Assembly (NCBI GenBank): GCA_964455955.1
Contig: CAYWBA010000001.1
Coordinates: 1-37,593 of the forward strand
DNA length: 37,593 nucleotides
Origin: an uncultured Planctomycetota bacterium
Lineage (GTDB): Bacteria; Planctomycetota; SKW154; DAOVDS01
Direction: 5' to 3'
The notes beneath the pieces were generated by a model, which saw nothing but the letters and a program-made list of their open reading frames with translations, did no database searches and was not told the origin of the DNA. Position numbers and translations under genes: made by a program. Below are positions 24,761 to 30,914 of this stretch, piece after piece. The first letter of the stretch is position 1. The number at the start of each line of letters is the position of its first letter.

Positions 24761-25936
24761 ATGAAAATAGCACAAATACTTGCAATAGCAGTATGTGTGA
24801 TTGCTGTCTGCTTCCCTGCAGTTGTGTGCGCGCAGGGAGAAATAGTGCCCGGAAAGGGGAAGCGCAGTGGTCTTATGCCGGGGAAAAGGTTTCTGAAAAG
24901 CAGCAAAGGGCTAAAGCTGTCTCTGGAACTTATCAAGTGCGATGAGAAGATAATCGAAATCGAAGTTACGTTCAAGAACACAGGAAGTAAGCGAATTCAG
25001 CTTTACTTGTATGACAACTGCAGCCTTCTACCTTTTCGCACGCTGGACTTCTTTTTTGAGTTTTCACGCGGAGTTGGCCAGATATATTGCGGGCGCGATA
25101 CCCTTATCAAGGGGCCTCGCAACTTTCTGCAAGCCGGGAAGCTGGCAGCCATCAAACCGGGTGGCTGTATCCAGAAGACTCTCAAGCTGCATGACCAACA
25201 CGCGTTGTTGCATACGGGTGAATACAACTTAGCCGCCACATACAGACGCGGGCCTTACGACATGTGGCCGGGCAGGCCAATTAAATCCAACACAGTCACG
25301 TTTTGCGTTAAGCTTGCTACTGTCAAGGCGAAAGAAGAAAAGGAGAAACTGCAGAAAGATATTACAGCGTTCTATGGCAGTACGAGGGCCGGGAAGGCTA
25401 TAGATACAAAGCTTCTTGCTTCGTTAGCTGAAAGGGGCGCCGCCATAAAAGACGACCGGACTACCCTCGTGTTCACCACCTATTTGATATTCTTCCTTGA
25501 GCACAATTCCGATACTAACACACAGGCCGCCATAATAGGTGCGTTAGAGTCGCTTACCGGCATGAACTATGATAAGGACCTGGATAAGTGGAATAAGTGG
25601 CACGAAGAAAACCGGAAGGTATACGTGACAGAAGCGCAAATGGCAGCTATACGGAAGGATATCAAGGGCCTGATTGCCGACCTTGCCCTCAAAGAGTGGC
25701 GCGGAGCCAAGGATGCTGCCGCAAACGAATTAATTAATCGTGGCGAGGCAGTGCTGCCAGGTATCCGGAAAGCTCTCAAGTCAAGACGTCTTAATCGAGG
25801 ACAAAAGGCCCTTTTAAAAACTCTGAGGGTGCAAATAGAAGGGCAAATAGAAGAAAAGAAAAAAGAGGAAGAATCGGCAAAGAAGAACGACAAGCCATCT
25901 ACCCCGGAAGAGAAGAAGCACGGGGATGGCAAATAG
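24761..25936 (+). CDS. Secreted protein of unknown function: signal peptide + Cys-containing beta-sandwich-like domain + HEAT-like helical domain + Lys/Glu-rich tail
   Basis: AAGGAGG precedes the ATG. Signal peptide MKIAQILAIAVCVIAVCFPAVVCAQG. N-terminal half has alternating beta-like patterns (IEIEVTFKNTGSKRIQLYLYD..., GEYNLAATYRRG..., NTVTFCVK). C-terminal half is helical (AANELINRGEAVLPGIRKALKS, HEAT-like). No family recognised. Confidence 0.7.
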   Translation: MKIAQILAIAVCVIAVCFPAVVCAQGEIVPGKGKRSGLMPGKRFLKSSKGLKLSLELIKCDEKIIEIEVTFKNTGSKRIQLYLYDNCSLLPFRTLDFFFEFSRGVGQIYCGRDTLIKGPRNFLQAGKLAAIKPGGCIQKTLKLHDQHALLHTGEYNLAATYRRGPYDMWPGRPIKSNTVTFCVKLATVKAKEEKEKLQKDITAFYGSTRAGKAIDTKLLASLAERGAAIKDDRTTLVFTTYLIFFLEHNSDTNTQAAIIGALESLTGMNYDKDLDKWNKWHEENRKVYVTEAQMAAIRKDIKGLIADLALKEWRGAKDAAANELINRGEAVLPGIRKALKSRRLNRGQKALLKTLRVQIEGQIEEKKKEEESAKKNDKPSTPEEKKHGDGK

Positions 25937-25946
25937 AAGCCTTACG

Positions 25947-26040
25947 CTTTTGGACCTCTACGTTTGCGGGATTAAAGAACCTCCTTCGCGCGCATGGCGC
26001 GGTTTCGGGGAAAGAGCTTGAAAGTAGCAAGGATAAGCAG
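25947..26040 (+). pseudogene. 3' stub of the third ankyrin-lipoprotein gene (conserved C-terminal tail), frameshifted
   Basis: 25981-26019 (CTCCTTCGCGCGCATGGCGCGGTTTCGGGGAAAGAGCTT) matches ank2 24392-24430 at 37 of 39 positions and encodes LLRAHGAVSGKEL. Upstream, CTTTTGGAC parallels the (T)PLD codons of ank1 but in a frame offset by 1 nt. It begins 11 nt after the stop of 24761..25936. Confidence 0.6.
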
Positions 26041-26054
26041 TCACCTCCCCCGAG

Positions 26055-26087
26055 CCACCCGCCGCTTGCGGTGGTGTTGTTCTTATT
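26055..26087 (+). terminator. Candidate intrinsic terminator of the (ancestral) ank array
   Basis: CCACC(C)GC-CGCTT-GCGGTGG forms a 7-bp stem with one bulge, followed by TGTTGTTCTTATT. A second hairpin, CCGCGTTG-CAGG-CAACGCGG (26088-26107), follows but has no T-tract. Confidence 0.35.
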
Positions 26088-26220
26088 CCGCGTTGCAGGC
26101 AACGCGGCTTCGCGGTGAAAAAGTAACAAGTTTTCTGGAAATGCAAACACATCTTATGCTTAGAGCGTACAATTTCTTAGGGTAACTATGCACTGAAAAT
26201 CTTCTGTTGTGGAGGATAGT

Positions 26221-26988
26221 ATGGACATCCGGTGCCCGTTCTGCAAGGAAGCACTGTCAATTTCGCAGAAGCAGGTTGACTCGACTACCGAGTGCCCGCG
26301 ATGCAAGAAGACGTTCGTATGGGGCGACATTCTGCGGGCGAAAGAGAGGAAAGAGCAGGAGGCGATTGAGGCGGCAGCGGAGAAGAAGCGGCTGCGCAAG
26401 GCGAAGCGGGAGGAGCGGAAGGTGCTCCAGGCCGAGAAGGCCGCGAGTGCGAAGGAGAGGGTGCGCGAGAGTAGAGAAGAGAGAAAGATGCGCATGCGGG
26501 AGGAGCGCTGGCAGTGCGAGGAATGCGGCAGGGACCTTTGCCAGCTCGACTTCCAGAGGGGGACGGGTTTTTACGACAACGAGGTGGGAGCGGCGTATTG
26601 CGAGGCACACGCGCCCGAATGGCTCTTCGCGAGGGAAGAGAGGTACGACCCGGGCTACGCGATGGAGGCGAAGCGGATATCTATCTGGGTGCCGGTCTGC
26701 ATAGTTATAGCAGCCCTGATGATAGTTGGCGGTTACATTGCATATGCCGAATACAACAGGGGCGAGGCAAAGAAGCCGGCGGGTCAGGTTGTCGAGAAGC
26801 CGGCCCAGCCCCAGAAGCAGCCCGAGCAGAAGCCCAAGTGCCGTATTTGTGGTGGCACGGGCTGGCTGGACTGCACCGCGTGTGCCGGCACGGGCCGCGA
26901 CCGCCGGTATCCACAGGGCTGCCCCAAGTGCAATGGCACCGGCAAGGTAAAGTGCTGGAGCTGCGGCGGCACTGGTATTGCAAAGTGA
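26221..26988 (+). CDS. Membrane-anchored protein: N-terminal zinc ribbon, Lys/Arg/Glu-rich coiled segment, second Cys-rich element, one TM helix, C-terminal DnaJ-type CR zinc-finger domain (4 x CxxCxGxG)
   Basis: ATG 26221 lies 4 nt after GGAGGA (26211-26216); the track start GTG 26209 falls inside that SD. MDIRCPFCKE...CPRCKK; WQCEECGRDLC...YCEAH; TM helix ISIWVPVCIVIAALMIVGGYIAY; then CRICGGTG, CTACAGTG, CPKCNGTG, CWSCGGTG. Confidence 0.75.
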   Translation: MDIRCPFCKEALSISQKQVDSTTECPRCKKTFVWGDILRAKERKEQEAIEAAAEKKRLRKAKREERKVLQAEKAASAKERVRESREERKMRMREERWQCEECGRDLCQLDFQRGTGFYDNEVGAAYCEAHAPEWLFAREERYDPGYAMEAKRISIWVPVCIVIAALMIVGGYIAYAEYNRGEAKKPAGQVVEKPAQPQKQPEQKPKCRICGGTGWLDCTACAGTGRDRRYPQGCPKCNGTGKVKCWSCGGTGIAK

Positions 26989-27001
26989 CAGGAGGGTACA
27001 A

Positions 27002-27445
27002 ATGAGAAACTGGCACTACATAAACCGGAAAGGGTATCCGCGCCGCGGGCGGGAGGAGGGGTCGGCCTTGCTTCCCATCAGCATTATCGTGGCGGCGCTG
27101 ATTATTATCGGCGGTTTTGTCGCCTACACCGAGTACAACAAAAAGCGGGTGCGGACGGCGGTTGGAGAGGCTGGCGAGGAGCCCGCGGCTGATGAAGGTT
27201 ATCAGCTTGTCACGCTTGACGGGTACGAGCCGGGCACCGGCCGTGTGCTGAACGAAATCACGCTCTGGGAAGATGCCGATAATCGCGCTCCGACCGATGT
27301 GTACGCCAAGGCGAAGCACGGGGATAAAGCATACCTGCTGATACAAAAAGGCGAGAACTGCCTGGTTGAGACGTGGGATGGAAAACAGGGCTGGGTCGAA
27401 TACTATCACATAAAAGAGCTTAGAGAGCCCGCCCAATCGCCATAA
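27002..27445 (+). CDS. Single-pass membrane protein with C-terminal SH3b-like domain
   Basis: ATG 27002 lies 5 nt after GGAGGG. MRNWHYINRKGYPRRGREEG, TM helix LLPISIIVAALIIIGGFVAYTEYN, then ...VYAKAKHGDKAYLLIQKGENCLVETWDGKQGWVEYYHI (bacterial SH3-like pattern). The TM anchor is paralogous to that of 26221..26988. Confidence 0.7.
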   Translation: MRNWHYINRKGYPRRGREEGSALLPISIIVAALIIIGGFVAYTEYNKKRVRTAVGEAGEEPAADEGYQLVTLDGYEPGTGRVLNEITLWEDADNRAPTDVYAKAKHGDKAYLLIQKGENCLVETWDGKQGWVEYYHIKELREPAQSP

Positions 27446-27491
27446 ACTGCCCTTAGCGCGGCCTGCCGCGTCGCAGGCGGCGCGGCCAAAC

Positions 27492-27521
27492 ACCCGCGGG
27501 CTGAAGACCGCGGGTTGTTGT
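27492..27521 (+). terminator. Candidate terminator/attenuator hairpin after the 26221-27445 gene pair
   Basis: ACCCGCGG-GCTGAAGA-CCGCGGGT forms an 8-bp stem (27492-27515), followed by TGTTGT (27516-27521), the last stem T starting the T-rich run. A weaker GC-rich hairpin precedes it at about 27455-27483. Confidence 0.4.
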
Positions 27522-27552
27522 CGGCGCGGTGCTTCCTGAACTGTTTCGGCAC

Positions 27553-27581
27553 TTGACAAGGGCGCCCTTTGCAGGTAAACT
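27553..27581 (+). promoter_or_regulatory. Candidate sigma70-type promoter TTGACA-N17-TAAACT with a 12-bp perfect palindrome (AAGGGCGCCCTT) in the spacer
   Basis: TTGACA at 27553-27558, TAAACT at 27576-27581, palindrome at 27558-27569. GGGAGGG RBS and ATG 27611 lie downstream. Confidence 0.5.
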
Positions 27582-27610
27582 GTGGGCTGAGCAATTTCGG
27601 GAGGGATGCA

Positions 27611-27949
27611 ATGGCGGTTAAGAACTTCAAGCCGGATGACCACCGCGCTTTCGAGGTCACGACGGTGAGCGGGACTATTTACAAGCTGTCTGCGCCTGAC
27701 ACGCGGGAGTACAGGACTGTCCGGCGGATGATGGCGGGCTACGAGAAGGGCGGCTCAGTCATAATGAGCGTCAAGCAGGAAGGTTCGCAGGAGCAGGTGC
27801 AGACCAAGGCATCGGTGCCTGCGCACAAGACTTTTTTCAAGGGGAAGCTGACCGAGCCGGCTGCTGTCGGGAAGTCGCTCACTATCGAGATATTCGGTGA
27901 GGACAGGACGCTTATCAGCGAAGCTGTCGCGGAGATAGAGACTACGTAG
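27611..27949 (+). CDS. Small soluble hypothetical protein (112 aa)
   Basis: ATG 27611 lies 6 nt after GGGAGGG. MAVKNFKPDDHRAFEVTTVSGTIYKLSAP... has no recognisable motif. Trimmed from the track start at 27569. Confidence 0.55.
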   Translation: MAVKNFKPDDHRAFEVTTVSGTIYKLSAPDTREYRTVRRMMAGYEKGGSVIMSVKQEGSQEQVQTKASVPAHKTFFKGKLTEPAAVGKSLTIEIFGEDRTLISEAVAEIETT

Positions 27950-28085
27950 TATAGTTGAGATGTTGGGTCACTGTTTTGCACCGCGTCCTCCGGCGCCACC
28001 CGGGCCTGATTTTGGCAAATCTGCCGCTTTGAGCTGCTAATCAGTCAAGAGTAAGTGCTTTTGCGCCGATAGTTTAGGTATAGTT

Positions 28086-28142
28086 AGGCAAGGCCTTTGC
28101 GCCTCCCCCTCTCGGCCAGAGGCTTTGCCTGCTTTTATTTTT
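28086..28142 (+). terminator. Candidate intrinsic terminator
   Basis: AGGCAAGGCCTTTG (28086-28099) pairs with CAGAGGCTTTGCCT (28117-28130) over 14 bp including 2 G-U pairs, with a 17-nt loop. Followed by GCTTTTATTTTT. Confidence 0.5.
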
Positions 28143-28213
28143 AGGGCCGGTGCTTGCTTGAATCGCCGGGGGTTTTATGGTAAGATAACCCGGTTGTTAG
28201 GGGAGGAGAGGCA

Positions 28214-29539
28214 TTGGCTCAGAAGGGCAAGAAAGAACAGACGAAATCTTCACTCAGGCGCGCGGCCGGCGAGGTTGTCCAGAAGCTCACCCAGGCGGGG
28301 TTTGAAGCCTACTTCGCGGGCGGGTGCGTGCGCGACATGCTTATGGGCATGGAGCCCAAGGACATTGACATAGCCACGGATGCCACCCCGGAGGCTGTGC
28401 AGGAGGAATTCCCCAAGACTTACGCCGTTGGCGCGCAGTTCGGCGTGGTGGTGGTGTTGCACGGCAGGCACCAGTTCGAGGTCGCGACGTTCCGGGTTGA
28501 CTCGATGTACTCGGACGGGAGGCATCCCGACTCGGTGAAGTTCGGGGATGCGCGCGCGGATGTGATGCGGCGCGACTTCACCATAAACGGGATGCTTTAC
28601 GACCCCATAGATGACAAGGTCATTGACTGGGTCGGCGGGCAGAAAGACCTTAAGAAAAAGGTTATCCGCTGCATAGGCGAGCCGCTTGAGCGCCTGTCGG
28701 AGGACAAGCTGCGCATGCTGCGGGCGGTCAGATTCTCTTGCCGGCTCGGCTTTGAGATAGAACCGGCGACGCTCGCGGCGATACGCAGGACAGTGCCCCA
28801 GATTGGGGCGGTAAGCCAAGAGCGCATCAAGGCGGAAATCGAGCAGATAACAACGGGCAAGTCAGCCGCACGGGGGGTCAGGCAGATGTTTGAGCTGGGG
28901 CTGCTGCGGTACGTGCTGCCTGAGGCCAACGCCCTTTCGGAAGTGCATCTCGGCGAGGGGACGATGCTGGACCATGCGGCTAAGGTCATAGGGGCGCTGC
29001 ATGAGCCTGAGTTTGACCTGCACGGGAGCACGGAAGGCTTCGGCCTTGCGCTTGCAGCGTTGCTTCACTGCGCCGGGGGTACTGACGAGGAGGGTACGCT
29101 GGAAGAGAGTGCGCGCCTGACCTCTGTAGCGGCAAGGCGGCTTAAATGCTCCAATGCGGAGCGCGCCACGGCTGTCTGGCTTGTGCAGAACCAGTTTGCG
29201 CTCGATGGGCCGGGAGAGAGGAAGGTTTCGTATCTGAAGCGGATTTTCGCACACAGGGATTTCGGCGAGTTGCTCGCCCTCTTCGGGGCGAAGGCTGAAT
29301 GCGGCTGCGCCAGCAGGAAAGACTACGAATACATCAGGAACCTTTACTCCCGGCTCAGTCTGAACGAGATAAAGCCTGAGCCGCTGCTTGGCGGGAATGA
29401 TTTAATCGAGATGGGGCTGAAGCCCTCGGAGCTGTTTTCCGTGGTTCTTGACAGGGTTTACGATGCACAGCTCGACGGCGAGGTTTCGGACAGAGAGGCT
29501 GCAATCGAGCTGGCGCTTAAGATTGCGCGCGAATTATGA
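28214..29539 (+). CDS. cca: Class II tRNA nucleotidyltransferase (CCA-adding enzyme / poly(A) polymerase family)
   Basis: TTG start after GGAGGAG. YFAGGCVRDMLMG..PKDIDIAT (GGxVRD + DxD), FEVATFR, RRDFTINGMLYD (RRD motif), ERLSEDKLRMLRAVRF (ER-x3-E-x2-K-like). CCA-adding, CC-adding, A-adding and poly(A) polymerase activities cannot be distinguished by eye. Confidence 0.8.
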   Translation: MAQKGKKEQTKSSLRRAAGEVVQKLTQAGFEAYFAGGCVRDMLMGMEPKDIDIATDATPEAVQEEFPKTYAVGAQFGVVVVLHGRHQFEVATFRVDSMYSDGRHPDSVKFGDARADVMRRDFTINGMLYDPIDDKVIDWVGGQKDLKKKVIRCIGEPLERLSEDKLRMLRAVRFSCRLGFEIEPATLAAIRRTVPQIGAVSQERIKAEIEQITTGKSAARGVRQMFELGLLRYVLPEANALSEVHLGEGTMLDHAAKVIGALHEPEFDLHGSTEGFGLALAALLHCAGGTDEEGTLEESARLTSVAARRLKCSNAERATAVWLVQNQFALDGPGERKVSYLKRIFAHRDFGELLALFGAKAECGCASRKDYEYIRNLYSRLSLNEIKPEPLLGGNDLIEMGLKPSELFSVVLDRVYDAQLDGEVSDREAAIELALKIAREL

Positions 29540-29636
29540 TACTTTCGACACTACAAATATTTCTGACAGTTCCCGGAATATCCCTGCCACCATTGGCCCC
29601 GGCTCTCAGGGAGCCTCATGGGAAGGCGCTTATCAG

Positions 29637-30788
29637 GTGAAGATAGCACTTGTACGCAAGGACTACACGCGGCTGAAGGGGGGCGCGGAAGGGTACGTGG
29701 TAGCGCTTTCGCTCCAGCTTGCCCGCATGGGTCATGATGTCCACGTTTTTGCAAACAGGATCGAAACGGAAAGCGATGATGGCATTACCTTCCACAAAGT
29801 ACCGGTACCGGGGCTGCGGACTTTCATGCGCCATGTCTGGTTCGCGAAGAATGCTGAACGGCTCCTGCGGCAGGATGAGTTTGACATAATAAACGGGCTG
29901 TCCCGCATCTGGTACCAGGACATCTACCGCGTGGGCGACCCCCTGTTTGTCCACTGGCTGAACTCGCACCGGCCGAACGTAGTTGACCGCCTGCTGGGCA
30001 AAGTAAATCCCAAGCAGCGGACAATGCTCTCAATAGAGAAGCGGATATTCGCCTCGCCGAGACTGCGGCGCATCATCGCGATAAGCAAGCTTGACCGGGA
30101 CCTGTTAGAGCAGTATTACAGCATCCCCCCCCAGAAGGTCAAAGTCATTTACAACGGCGTGGACCACGAGCGTTTCAGCCCCGGCAATCGCAAGTTCCGC
30201 GGGAAAGTGCTTGCTTCACTCGGCGTGTCTGGCAAGCGCATTGTTCTGCTTTTTGTGGGCATGGATTTCAAGAGAAAAGGGCTTGCTTACCTGATTGAGG
30301 CGATGAAGCAGATGGGCACGGAACGCAGACACACCCACTGTCTTGTTGTAAGCAACGACAACCCGAAAAAGTACCGGGCCCTGGCACAGAGGCTGGGACT
30401 TGCGGATTCGCTCACCTTCGCGCCGGCAACGCCGAATATCCACGAAATCTACGGTGCGGGCGACATTTTTGTCTTTCCCACGCTGTACGACCCTTTTGCC
30501 AATGTGCACCTGGAAGCACTGGCCTGCGGCCTGCCTGTTATTACCACCACCTCGGCAGGCGGGTGCGAGCTGGTCGAGCATGGAGTCAACGGGTTCGTCC
30601 TCTCTTCGCCCCAGGATTCAAAGGCCCTGGCACAACATATCCTTGAGCTCCTTGACCCTAAGGCGCGGGAAGAGATGTCGCAGAAGGCCCTCGAGAGTGT
30701 AGGAGACTTCACGCTCGAGCGCAATACGCGTGAGGTTGCAGCGCTTTATGAAGAAGTACTCGAAGAGAAGCGAGCAGTTGAGCAGTAG
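29637..30788 (+). CDS. Glycosyltransferase family 4 (WaaG/RfaG-like, GT-B)
   Basis: GTG 29637 gives (M)KIALVRKDYTRLKGGAEGYVVALSLQLARMGHDVHVF. C-terminal half has FVFPTLYDPFANVHLEALACGLPVITTTSAGGCELVEHGVNGFV. The track start at 29448 overlaps cca by 92 nt and adds non-homologous sequence. Confidence 0.85.
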   Translation: MKIALVRKDYTRLKGGAEGYVVALSLQLARMGHDVHVFANRIETESDDGITFHKVPVPGLRTFMRHVWFAKNAERLLRQDEFDIINGLSRIWYQDIYRVGDPLFVHWLNSHRPNVVDRLLGKVNPKQRTMLSIEKRIFASPRLRRIIAISKLDRDLLEQYYSIPPQKVKVIYNGVDHERFSPGNRKFRGKVLASLGVSGKRIVLLFVGMDFKRKGLAYLIEAMKQMGTERRHTHCLVVSNDNPKKYRALAQRLGLADSLTFAPATPNIHEIYGAGDIFVFPTLYDPFANVHLEALACGLPVITTTSAGGCELVEHGVNGFVLSSPQDSKALAQHILELLDPKAREEMSQKALESVGDFTLERNTREVAALYEEVLEEKRAVEQ

Positions 30789-30855
30789 ACCGCAACGGAA
30801 CGGATTTCCGCACTTTTCCGCCTTTTTCTGCTTTCAGCGTTTTTGCCTTTCTCTC

Positions 30856-30884
30856 CTGTTCCACTGTTCTACTGTTCCACTGCT
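30856..30884. repeat. 8-nt tandem repeat CTGTTC(C/T)A x3 plus a partial unit
   Basis: CTGTTCCA CTGTTCTA CTGTTCCA CTGCT, located between convergent genes. Confidence 0.6.
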
Positions 30885-30887
30885 CTA

Positions 30888-30914
30888 TTTTTTCGCGCCT
30901 GAAGCGCGAAAAAA
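30888..30914. other. Perfect 11-bp-stem palindromic hairpin TTTTTTCGCGC-CTGAA-GCGCGAAAAAA abutting the stop of 30915..33008
   Basis: Arms at 30888-30898 and 30904-30914. The T-run precedes and the A-run follows on both strands, which is the reverse of a canonical bidirectional terminator. Confidence 0.5.

Noticed and set aside
26705-27643. 312-aa minus-strand ORF spanning the zinc-finger and SH3b genes
   Set aside because: It is Pro/Arg/Ala-rich with no motif. It runs antisense across two plus-strand genes that have strong RBSs and recognisable domains, and across their intergenic gap. This is a typical GC-rich antisense shadow ORF.
29448-29636. Track start (29448) for the GT4 gene
   Set aside because: It overlaps the cca 3' end by 92 nt and adds 63 residues with no GT4 similarity. 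GTG 29637 gives the standard (M)KIALV... GT4 N-terminus.
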